DNA of 61,069 bases, counting the filler, from Asterionella formosa (Eukaryota), in the NCBI GenBank assembly GCA_002256025.1. It is 18 parts of 18 records of this genome, joined end to end, with 100 filler letters (N's around TTAATTAATTAA, not from the genome) between each part and the next. Parts side by side here need not be neighbours in the genome. Positions count along the whole stretch, not along the records: positions 1 to 3,306 come from NKIB01014261.1; positions 3,407 to 6,711 come from NKIB01014262.1; positions 6,812 to 10,116 come from NKIB01014263.1; positions 10,217 to 13,520 come from NKIB01014264.1; 14 more parts are not named here. One strand, written 5' to 3'. Below are positions 1 through 11,533 of this stretch, one piece after another. The stretch's first letter is position 1, and each line of letters starts with the position of its first letter. Made by a program: the position numbers and the translations under genes. The notes under the pieces were generated by a model. It was not told the origin of the DNA. It saw only the letters and a program-made list of their open reading frames with translations, and did no database searches.

Positions 1-126
1 CACCCGGTATTATATTGTATGTAGACGAAGTATTCATATTCTTCACATCAAACCAATTTTCCTTTCCACAATCATAAAAGAAATTTTGATTTCTCATCGT
101 TGACGAACATATCTTCGTTTCACAAG

Positions 127-2010
127 ATGGGAATCCTCGATCGCATGAACGCCTCGGTGCAGAACTCGTTCGTTGGACGCTTCTTTCTGATGGAAGAAAG
201 AGGCACCACGATGACAACGGAGTTCAGGGGGGCCGTGGCAACTTTTATGACGATGGCTTGTATGTAGAACTTCTGTGCTTGCGTGATCAAGGTCAAGTCC
301 TGTACTCACCTTATGCCTCGACCTCAGACATTCTCGCTGTCAACCCTCGTATTCTCGCCGATTCCGGTGGTCCATGTGTCCCTGATCCTCCCGAGGACGG
401 AGGCATTTTTGGTCCCAACTACACTGCATGCCTCAACACAATAAAGAAGGAGTTCGTTACATCTACTGCTCTTGGTTCAATGGTTGGTTGCCTGCTTATG
501 GGCTTGCTTGCAAATCTTCCTGTTGCTGTTGCGCCTGGTATGGGTATGAATGCTTATTTTACTTACTCTGTGGTAGGATGGAGAGGAACTGGAAACATTA
601 GCTACGAATCGGCTGTTACTGCCGTCATGATTGAAGGTGCCATATTTCTTGTGCTTGCCGTGTCTGGAGCTCGCTACGCCATTATCAAGCTTATCCCAGA
701 ACCTGTCAAGATCGCAACTCCTGCAGGAATTGGCGCGTTTTTGGCTCATCTTGGGTTGCAAACTGCAGAGGGATTAGGAGTTGTTGTTTCTGATATTGCT
801 ACAGCTGTCACTCTTGGTGCTTGTGTGAGTGCCTGACTGCTGCAGCACGGTAGGAGAATCCGTTGCTTTCTTCTCATCAATCATATTTTCTTTATTTTCA
901 GCCTTACGAACATCGAACACCCATTGTGGCCTTCACTGCGGCCTGCATGGCAGATACGACCATGTGCGTAACCTCGGATGCATATACCTGCGACAACTTG
1001 GGTGGTATTATGACGTCGGCTACCACCTGGATAGGGATATTGGGCTTAATGATAATGGCAGTAATGATGGGCTACAAACAAAATTGGGCGTTGATTGCTG
1101 GTATTGGTTTCGTTACCGCTGTCTCTTGGTTCCGTGGCACAGCAGTTACTTATTTTCCTGATACTTCCGAAGGCGATGCTAGATTTGATTACTTCAGGAA
1201 AGTGGTCAGCATCGAACCCCTCAACACAGTACTGACTCCTTTCACAAATGACCTTCAGAACGTCGGGGTCGCCTTGTTCACTTTCCTCTACGTGGATTTT
1301 TTGGATACTTCGGTAAGAATTCGTTTTTGGAAACCAGTTGAGTGCATTCATCGTACGTACCTAATTTTTTCATCCACTCCAAATAGGGAACGCTGCTCGC
1401 TATTGCATCATCAATGGGAATTACTGATGAACAGGGAAACTTCCCAGGGAGCCGTGCTGCATTTTCTGTTGATGCAATCTCAACCATGATCGGTTCCCTC
1501 TTTGGTCTTTCCCCTGTCACCGCCTTCATCGAAAGTGGCGCAGGGGTCCAAGTCGGATCACGCACTGGACTCACTGCTGTGTTTTGTGCGTTCTTTTTCT
1601 TCCTCTCTATTTTCTTTGCTCCAATCATATCAAGCATTCCTCCATGGGCTACAGGAGGTGCCTTGATCATTGTTGGGGCCCTCATGTGCCGGGTGCTTCA
1701 AACGATTAAATGGTATGATCCCACGCATGCAATCACAGCATTTCTGACAGTGATTGTAATGCCCCTCACCTATAGCATTGCGTATGGACTTCTCGCCGGC
1801 ATTGGCTCCTATGTCATTATGCATGGCACGTTCTACATTCTTTCCTTCGTCGGAATTCCATATCCTGTATTTGAAAAAACTGATGATGTGTACATTTCTG
1901 GAGTCAAAGGTGACGAAAAAATAGTCGAGGACAGCCAGGAGACTAGTCATGAGGTCAGTGACCCAGTTGAAAAACCAATCGACATGGATAAGTCCAAAAC
2001 TGATGTCTAA
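127..2010 (+). CDS. AzgA/AZG-like adenine-guanine-hypoxanthine permease (NCS2 family), 4 exons: 127-259, 328-824, 902-1312, 1387-2010
   Basis: Splicing at GT..AG sites gives one frame: [20 protein letters not shown]...[94 protein letters not shown]. These are the signature motifs of AzgA-type permeases. Confidence 0.93.
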
Positions 2011-3198
2011 ATGTCCTCTTGGATCGGATTGGATCGCACATTTTCTCCAGTTTTTTTGTGTTCAAGAGGAATCTATGTGCGCTTGCTGCATTTTTCCATT
2101 TTTTTCTTCCTCTCATCTCGTGAAGAGACTTTCTACATAATACATATTAAGTGTATGTTGCTGACAACATAATGGTGGAAATTATGAGTTATATGCACCC
2201 AAGGAATTGGTGTGACTGAAATCGCTATTTTGAGTGACAGTTTAGGACCTAACTGTGCTGCTTGTGGGATTTTTGTTCTAGTTTGGAGGTAACCTTGAAA
2301 ATTGTGGCATCACTTTGTTTCTACTGGCATATACTAGCAAGCATTTGGCAAGTACTCCTTCCTAACTGGTACCATGTACCAGGTAGTATGTCAAAGTGAG
2401 CTCCTCCCAATTGTTATGACTCACAGTCAACTGAGTGGACTTTGGGTGTACCAAGCTCCCATCAATCCAATGATATGATTCTTGTATGATGAGCCAGATG
2501 ATATTGATTATTTGGAAGACCAATAGTGTGAATCTAATGATCAATGGTTATTAACCCATGATCAATGATTGTGAGGTATACATGGGTATATCTATAAATG
2601 TATAATCTGACAAATGCAATAGTTCACTTGATTATTCAAACTTGTCCTACTAACTAGCTTAGTAACTGACAACAAGACAAGAATTTAGCAATAAACGAGA
2701 AATAAACTTCTCTGCCAATGGCCTTCTTTGTCTGGCAATAGATCTATCTAGAAGAAGTAATCCTTTAACAGAAGTACTTGCTTGTCAATTGCTGGTAAAA
2801 TAACAATCTGAATGTGTAATCAACATCTTGGTACCTGGTACCAAGTACCTCTGTGACGAAGCAAGCACAATGCGATGATATGAATCCCATAAGAACTCGA
2901 ATAATCCAACAACCAGCCATATCCATTTGATGAAGAGTCGAGGTTTGAGACATCAATGAACAGAGTTATTATAGCTTGGAGCGTGCTGGAAGATACCAGG
3001 GATGTAAATAGTGGAATTGCTGTCGACACTTCACAGAAAACCATCATTTCGTGCATTCACGTAGCTCATCCTACTCCCTTCGAATTTCGGCAGCCCATTT
3101 TCCTTAAGTAAACGGCAGTCCATAGGGGGGCAATAGATGTCATTAATCCAGTCCATTTCGCCAGGCAAATCTAGGGGCTATTGAAAATATCGATGGTA

Positions 3199-3300
3199 GT
3201 TTGGCAGTCCAAAAACGGAGCAAATGAAATTGACAAAATATGTTTTATTTGATGGGCAATTGCAGGATTTAGTAATCCAAAAACTGTACGTATGAAATAT
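3199..3300. repeat. Dispersed repeat copy, inverted relative to the copy at 35777-35878
   Basis: The reverse complement (ATATTTCATACGTACAGTTTTTGGATTACTAAATCCTGCAATTGCCC...GCTCCGTTTTTGGACTGCCAAAC) aligns to 35777-35878 on a different contig. Confidence 0.8.
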
Positions 3301-3306
3301 TTGTTT

Positions 3307-3406
3307 NNNNNNNNNNNNNNNNNNNNNNNNNNNNNNNNNNNNNNNNNNNNTTAATTAATTAANNNNNNNNNNNNNNNNNNNNNNNNNNNNNNNNNNNNNN
3401 NNNNNN
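3307..3406. other. Artificial contig linker (44 N + TTAATTAATTAA + 44 N). The same linker recurs starting at 6712, 10117, 13521, 16924, 20326, 23727, 27130, 30529, 33927, 37323, 40718, 44113, 47507, 50899, 54291 and 57681
   Basis: An identical 100-nt spacer with stops in all six frames occurs about every 3.4 kb. Intervening contigs shrink almost monotonically from 3306 to 3289 nt. Confidence 0.99.
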
Positions 3407-5638
3407 ATGCATAGTGCAACAACTGTGATTGAAACCTGGATTTCAGGAATATTGACCTGGATTTCAGGGATAAAGCGTTGAGCAGAATCAGCAATTCTTT
3501 GATCAGGATTTAAATAAAGCAAATAGATCTTTTCAAATGCTGCACCTCAATTAGCATCAACACACATTGCTCTAAAATTTTCCAAGACATCATGGTGATC
3601 AGAAGTATGTACCTGAACACCACACACCTTTTTGCCACATTTCCAGATCAGATCAATTGCAGGAAAGTTGCAGTTTCGGGGTACATACATTCCATCTTTT
3701 ACAATGACTTCAGGCAATGTGTTGCAGCAAAAGGTTTCAATGAGATTGCATTCCTTCAAAAGAAATCCCTCCCAAGTAACATCTGCATTGAGTGAGCAGC
3801 AACTGATCACAAGGAGTTCAAAAATCTGACCACAAGCACTATTTGTCACGCCATTGTTGCCACCAATCTCCTAAAGTAATTCCTCATGTGTTTTGACAAA
3901 AGCCAGTAGCATATTCCAAAAGTAATGTCGATAGGCTAATATCACCACAGGATACAAAGACTTATACTCATAAGCCTCAGTCCCCTTACCAGGAATTGAA
4001 TATTTCCTGTCATATTCTATTTCATCTCCTGTAGTTGACAAAACACAAGCAACAGCAGATGTTGTGTTACGATTCAATTTCGTTTTCGATTTTGTATCTT
4101 TCAAATTTTCATGAGAGCCTCTTCATAATCATTGATAGAAAAGTTTGATGAAATCTATTTCTTCACATGCCAGGGACCCCACCAGTCACCTTTAATATTT
4201 CTTGCCGTCACTTCGTTTTGCCACTTCCTCAAAGGCGAGCTTTATTTCTGACAAATTCATTGTGCAAGGGTGATTGTACTCCACATACCCTCGATACCTT
4301 TCCCTGAAGGCAAACTCGTTGTTTGCGGAAGCTGAAATGATGGAGACAATGCGGTTTCCCTTCATTATGCCGTTGATGATACTAAAAGGAAAGGGAAGCG
4401 TACCCAGATCACCAGATTTTTTTAGCTCTGGTCGAGCAAATAATCTGCTGATCTGATCGAAAACTAGGACCCATTTCTTGTTCATACGTTGAAGAATCAA
4501 GTCAATGGCATTGACGAAAGTATTGAGATCACTAATTTTTTCGTCCTTGTCTGAGCCCACCTTCCATGAGAGAGCCGAAAAGGAAGTACCAAATGATCTA
4601 CAGATTGCAGTGTACAAATCGTTAACATCCTTCCATTGTTGACAGTCTGGAATGAAAGTTACGAGGTACTTGCAGCTGCTGTTATATTGCAGGTTACGAA
4701 CCAAGTTGACAAGTGAGTGTGACTTGCCAATTCCATCTGGTCCTTTGATCATGATTCTAGTCCGACGCATTGTCTCGAAGGCATCTTCAATCACTTTCAT
4801 CATTTCCTTCACAATTTTAGGGCGATATAAGATTCCCCTACTTTCGCAGTCGTCGAACCGCACCTGTTGGACATTATCAATCCAGTAACTATCAGTTGGG
4901 GAAAAAGCTGATAAAGTAGGAACAGAAGGAGGTAAAGTAGGAATAGAAGGAACCTCTTTCGGATCTATCATGTAGATATGCATTGTCCTTGGAATGCTTC
5001 GCACTTGCTGATCCGCCTGCAAGCGCTTAAAATGAACGTTGAGCTTCTCCTCTATAAGCAATATTAAGGACGAGGCTTCCTCCTGGTCATAATCTTGATT
5101 CCGCTCCTTGTTCAAGTCATCAAATTGAAGTTTGAGCCTCTCGTCTATAACCTTTATTAAGGAGGCAACGTCCTGCTCATAATTTGGTTTCTGGCGTTTC
5201 GTCGTTCCTTGGTCTTTTCAACAGTAGCGAGTATTTGTATGGGATAAATGATACGAAATGATACGTGAGTATTAGGAGCTGTGAACTACAATACAATAGA
5301 AGGGATTCCATGAGATCAAAACACGTACCAATATCAGGTTGGATGACCACGATCAGGATCACGATCACGAACGCATTCTTGCTGCTAGTTCCCCAATTCA
5401 GATGAACAACCAGACGACCTCCAGGATCCAAGGTTGGATCATCAGCTCCCTCAGGAACCGGCACTTGAGTTCCAGGTGGGCACACACGGAGCTGCGCTGA
5501 TGAAACACCTTGAAGATCGTCACCACATTTAATCTTTACAGCTTTCATCAAGTCAGCAATGACATCATTCTTCTTCAACGTGACATAAACTGGCAATAGT
5601 CCTGCGTTTCCACGGAACAACTGGAACCAAACCTTCAT
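3407..5638 (-). pseudogene. Crinkler/RHS (CR)-type effector-like gene: ubiquitin-like header, P-loop NTPase and PD-(D/E)xK REase-like domain, disrupted in the 3' third
   Basis: The N-terminus MKVWFQL...VTLKKNDVIADLMKAVKIKCGDDLQGVSSAQLRV resembles CRN ubiquitin-like headers. Intron 5328-5214 joins it in frame to Walker A GPDGIGKS and Walker B VLVFDQ. A frameshifted LKVTGGVP follows near 4170, then PRNCNFPAIDLIW...GVQVHTSDH (REase-like). Stops and frameshifts occur near 4192, 3871 and 3547. Confidence 0.72.
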
Positions 5639-6409
5639 TGTTTTCTAACTGATGGTGGTGGGTACCTGGTTGGGAGTACAAGACAATGGAAGTGAGAGGA
5701 AAGGAGAGGAGAGGAGGATATATAAAAAAGGGTCAGCAATGTTGTGAATGTACCTTCATTGAAACAGGTTCCAGTACCAAGTACCAGGTACTCTACTATA
5801 GCGGCACTTGCTTCCTTTTGCTGTCATGGTACTTTTGTCAACCTTGTTTTCTAGATAAAGGATCTTGTATACATATATATTTATAGTCATTTGGAATACA
5901 ACTTCGTCTTGCGATCCAGCATCCTACTGCGTGGCGTGTATGATTGTACACCCTGGGAGTTCCGGGAAAGTCCGAATTTTGCGAATATTTGTCCGCATGT
6001 GTATGTACAAACATATATTAATTATTCAACAATGTATGTGAACTCTTCACAAAAATATGCACAGGTCCGAGTACCGGTATGTCATACTCGTACCGGTAGG
6101 AGTATACCGGTCGTATTATACCGGTCGTAGTATACCGGACGAAGTTAATTTTCAATGTTCTCTCATACATAGATTGCGGACAGCATAGTACACCTTGTCC
6201 TGTAACGGTACCAGGTAGTAACTGTATTCATAAGCAGTTCATAATGGTCTCTAGACTCTAGATTAGGTCCTTAGCACTACATGTACATGACCCCTAAAGA
6301 CAAACTCCCCTCACCCCAAATACTGCAAAAACTACCTTCTTCACAACCTTTTTTAGGCCATTGTTGCAGAGACTTGGCTGAGACAGGGTATACTGCTTTT
6401 GCATGATAT

Positions 6410-6711
6410 ACTAGTGTAACAACTGTGATTTGTTGTCCCTGTGTTTTAGGAATACTAAGGCATTGAGCGGAGTTTGTTCAGGACTTAATTATAGCAAATA
6501 AATCTTTTTGAATTTTTCAAGCCATCTCGCCTTTTTACACATTTCTGCAAACTTTTTCAGTACATTGTGGTGTTTGGAAATATTTACCTGAACACCACAC
6601 AACACACTATGGTCACCACACTTCCAGATCAGATCAATTAGTACAGAAAAATTGGAGTTTTGGGGAACATTAATTCCATTTTTTTCATGATTTCTGGCAA
6701 CACATTGGAGG
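6410..6711 (-). pseudogene. Degenerate 3' end (REase-like domain) of a second, tandem CR-type paralog
   Basis: Colinear similarity to about 3410-3730, with shared blocks AACAACTGTGATT, ACCTGAACACCACAC, TTCCAGATCAGATCAATT and ATTCCAT...GGCAA. Confidence 0.7.
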
Positions 6712-9700
6712 NNNNNNNNNNNNNNNNNNNNNNNNNNNNNNNNNNNNNNNNNNNNTTAATTAATTAANNNNNNNNNNNNNNNNNNNNNNNNNNNNNNNNN
6801 NNNNNNNNNNNTTCGTTTCTTTCACTACTTGCTAGGGACACATGTATACTATCGAAGTAACCGATAAAAGTGTTAAGCAGTTGTTGTACAAAATCGAAAT
6901 TAATACAGGTAATCATTTTATCATGGTTTCTTATCATGGTAATAATGGAAAATTTCTCATGTTTGATCCATGAGCGATTGAAAAAATATGATGTGTAGGC
7001 AGAGAGCATACCAGGTACCTGGTACCATGTACATTATGTATATATATATATACCTGCATGTGAATATACCGCTACATATAGTATGTATTCCCATACGTGT
7101 GCACTCACTCATTGGCGGGGGTTGGCAATCATGTTCTTTGATCCCTCTCCTGTGCTCGCATCTGACCTCGACGGAATCTACTCTATTTTTTTGATTGGGG
7201 GAATGAGTTTGACCCTAAAATAGTTCCTGCCCAATCGAATTCTAGCATCATATTGTGCCACCCCCAATACTACCATTTTTTGTCGTAGTGGACAACCGGT
7301 AGTAAAAATAGTCTGTGAGGAGTGGGCGGTGCTGGTCAGAATAGAGGTGACTACTCCTTCCAGGAACCAAGGTGTTGAGCAGAATTTTATTTGCCCTGCG
7401 GTTTTCAGGATTTAACAAGTAGGTTCTGGGTAATTATGAGCTTAATGATGAGTGTATCTATATTACTAGCTCCTTGTCCAAGGGGACTCACAAGGGTCTT
7501 GATGAGAAGGGCATGTAATAGGTGTCAAGAGTCCATGCTAGGTGTCATGTTTTAGCCTAGCATTGGTACGTCTATTCTAGAGATACATCTGTACCAATAG
7601 TTATCATGTAACGTATAGCTGCGGGTACATAATGCAATATGTACTACGAGCTCCATACTAGTAACCGTGTGTGTAACATCACGTACTTATCATGATCACT
7701 ATCTTGTACATGTTTATGTACTACGTATGGGTTTCATGGTAGTCGTGTGCGTAATGTAAAAGGGTACACCTTTCACTTATGGTTGACGTGGTACCAGGTA
7801 TACATACACATTGTGTATTGTGTAAATCTCTACCGGTACAGTGAGAGAAAACAAGTATATGGTCTGTATAGAGGAGCCTATAAGGTTAACGTTATATAGG
7901 ACTTATACCATCTAATGATATAGTATATCTAGCGTGGTACATACTGTACCATAGGTCATTATTGAGGCAATAAATCGATGGAGAAAAGAAGAGAGAACAA
8001 GAAGAAAGAAGAGAAAAGGGGGGGGGGGTTTAGTGGGTATGATTCTAGGATTTAACGGACGTCAATGATCCATTTGCTCCTTGAGTTGGTGAAGGAGGTT
8101 ATGGTGGGGCGTTTAAATTGGATAGCTGGTCTGAGGTTTAACATTTGGTTTGGAAAAACATGAACTCGAAATTTTATTTTGCAAGTCAAATGGTCGGAAC
8201 ATTCACCCCCTTTTCCTACTGTTTCCATAAGCTACCTTGAAGAATGTGAGTGAAATACAAGAAGCAGGTGACACGTTTTGTTCAACCTATGTTGGGTCTG
8301 TGATTCCTTACGCTTCCTGATATTCCTTAAGTTTCCTGAAATTTATAGTCATTTCCTGAAATTCATAGGAATTTCCTGAGGAAAGTCATAGTCATATGCT
8401 TTTGTATCCTCGTTTTTGCAATTAGAAGAATTCCGCTAATTATTTCGCTGAATCGTGCTATGTATGAACTGAAGATGTCCTTTCGTACTGTTTATGATAA
8501 CATATGACGCTGTCCGGTAACACGTTGTCCGTATCAGGAAAATGACCGCAGCTTGCATGTACTGCAACCAGATGCGGTCATTTTGCTTAAATAAACAATT
8601 TGATATGGGATAAAGAGAATGCAAAGTTACCGCAACTTCCTTTTTTTTGTACATTGATTCTAAAATACCAAGTACCTGGTTCCAGTTACCATGGCGGTAC
8701 TACCAGCTACGAGCACATCATAAATACTTTGTACATGTGATCCACTCCTCATCACACTACGACGTATGTACTATACAGATAGTGCTGTCTGTTGCTCAAG
8801 AAGAATCAACCGGAGCATTGATTGTTGCAAACTGGAGTACCAGTAAATGTAATTAACAAAAAAACCCAATTTTATTTAGTGCTTCTACGGCGATAGTACC
8901 GACTGTAATTCGTGTACTATTTTATCTCTTGTCATTAAACTTTGTTAGTCTTCATACACTGGGGAGTGAAACGCCCTCCCCTTTCTTTGCCTGTCCTTTC
9001 GGACAAAACAAGTCCTCTCTTGACAATAAAATCAAAAAGGCGCAGATGACTAGATATATTCTAGGAAAAAATCGCCACAGCGAAATCATCTCAAACAAGA
9101 AGGAGATGCCTCGCAAAACGTCTTGTTGTTTTCTTGTGACACTTGTTGAGCACAACAATCCCTCAATGTGAATTCATAATAGGTATCATGTAGTATATTT
9201 ATATATATCTATACATAGAGATTGAACAATTGGAGACAACAATGAATGTCCACCTACCCTGAGCTGCTTCCTTTCGGAGATATGGCCAATCAATATCATG
9301 GTGGAAGCTAGCTGTCATGGCAGACGAACCCATGCAAACAATTAACAGAAACAAGTGTTCTTGCGACAACATTCTTTCAACAAATAGCGCTTGGGTATTA
9401 ATATTATGTGGAAGTGGGTGGGTATTGGAGCAAAGATGATTGAACAAAACTACTCACGTCATTGTTATAGGAAAAGGAATGAATAAGTGGCTGGTCCTGT
9501 CGCCATGCACGGCATGAGTGCTAGCTATGTATTTTGTTTTTAGAATGGCTGATCGAGTAATCTTTGACTCATTTATTTGGAATCAATGTATTATAAAATG
9601 ATGTAGTAGTGAAGAACAATGCGACGGCTTCATCTCGTCATCAATGGATGGGGTGGGTACTTTGTTGTACCATTAATTCTCACGCTATCAAAATCTCATG

Positions 9701-10308
9701 TACCATATCATGGATTGTCCTTGATGCAAATCATAACAAGCCCGTGTGTGTGTTTGGTCAAAATCTTGTTCCAGGCCGTACTTGCAAGGTGAGAATATCT
9801 CCTAGACACCACTCCTTTTTTACCTTCCATCCTGCTCTGAATTACCGTCCATTGTGGGCGTTATACAATCGTTTGTATATTCAATAACATTTGGGGGTCA
9901 AGATACTAACTACTACTTTGTTATTCTTGCAATCAGAATTGTCTCGGATTCTATGGAAAAATTCAATAAGAAGAATGTATCCTCGTCCGTGTCAATGATC
10001 ACCATGCTGGATAGATTCATCACAACAACAAGCCGATACCAATCTTCATGATCTGTGCAATTGTGGCACAAAGCAGGGCCACCAAGGGGGCCAGCACGTC
10101 ACTCCCCGGACCAAGTNNNNNNNNNNNNNNNNNNNNNNNNNNNNNNNNNNNNNNNNNNNNTTAATTAATTAANNNNNNNNNNNNNNNNNNNNNNNNNNNN
10201 NNNNNNNNNNNNNNNNTCTTAGATAAAACACAGTTTTTGTACATGACTTGTTTCACTTAATTGCCATCCTCGTTCGCTCTGGCCATTGTTCTATTCAATA
10301 CTGTACAA

Positions 10309-11533
10309 TGACAAGTAGCTCTAAGTCTTCCTGCAAAGCACCATCTACTGTGGCTCCTGTGCCCTCTCATAGCAGAAACAACAGTTCCAATTCTGTATTG
10401 TCTGACGAATCCTTTGTGGATTTGTATGCTGTGATCGAAGGTCGGGCTCGAGTCAAGCCGCCACCGCGAGACTACACCAAGGAGAAACAACATAATGGTG
10501 GAAAGATAGCAAATGAAGCTGGGAAGACCACCAAGCCACGACGCACGCGTGGTAATAGTTTTGAACATTACGGGTCTCGCGATCGTAATGACAAAGAACG
10601 ACGATCGAAAATTCCTCATCCTCCTTCTCAAGACCGAAAACCAGCACGATCTTCCGGGATGGAACTCCGGTCATCAGAATTGGTTGACAAGACACGAGAC
10701 GAGACGAAGAACGAAGAACAAGTCATCCTAATCACTCTCACGAACGCAAACCATCTCGTGCTTCTGGGACGGAAACGCAGTCATCAGAGACGACGGCAGA
10801 TAAGTTACAAAGCTCATGGCGTAATTTACGTGATGACATTGAGCATTGGGAAATGGACCCATTGTATGGAGCTCCACCGCCGTTCATGTATCGAAATACC
10901 AGTTCGGGATCGGCTACTAGGACAGATACATGGATAAGTGTCACCAACCAAGTCAAGGACGCACCAGTTATGCAGCGAAATATTAGTTTGTGTAGTCCTA
11001 TGAGTGCCGAAGAAGTCATCAATGCTAAAAGAGATCTTATCGTGAGTCGCAGGCCAGATCGTATGAACCGACGCCGAAGCGTAGGTGATAACCCTAATTT
11101 GGAAAGAATAAAAGACAACGAGTCTCTTCTTCAAGAGTCGCTGCTTTTCGAACGAAATAGACGGCCGCAATCTCAAATTTTGGAACAAGACAGGATGTTA
11201 CAATATCAGCCTCATAAAGAGCGACTGCGCCCGCCTAGTCGTATGCAACGACGTCGAAGTATGGGGGATGTGACTGAATCGGATCGTCGCCTAGTAAATC
11301 AGCTGGTTCGTACGGGTCCTTCATTACCAGATCCACCACAACGCCCAACGGGAGGTAGGATGGAACGATATGTCTATGATGGAGAACGTAGCTTGACAAT
11401 TCACCGTCCCAGTGATGACATTGGGCGAAATCGTCAACCACGTCGTAATAGCATGAACTCTGTTTCCACCACCAGTTGCACTTCAAAACCAAATCAAAAG
11501 TATTTGAACACGTTGTTTCCTTCCACTCGTTGA
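10309..11533 (+). CDS. Disordered Arg/Ser-rich hypothetical protein, interrupted by one frameshift near 10700
   Basis: The ORFs 10248-10937 and 10853-11533 join if one copy of the duplicated CGAGA (10695-10704) is removed. The joined protein shows an internal repeat (HPPSQDRKPARSSG / HPNHSHERKPSRASG) and RRRS motifs. Confidence 0.55.

Noticed and set aside
7980..8200. Possible 3' end of a non-LTR retrotransposon on the minus strand (ORF remnant ending in poly-Pro, then a pyrimidine tract)
   Set aside because: No recognisable RT, RNase H or endonuclease motif, so too weak to call.
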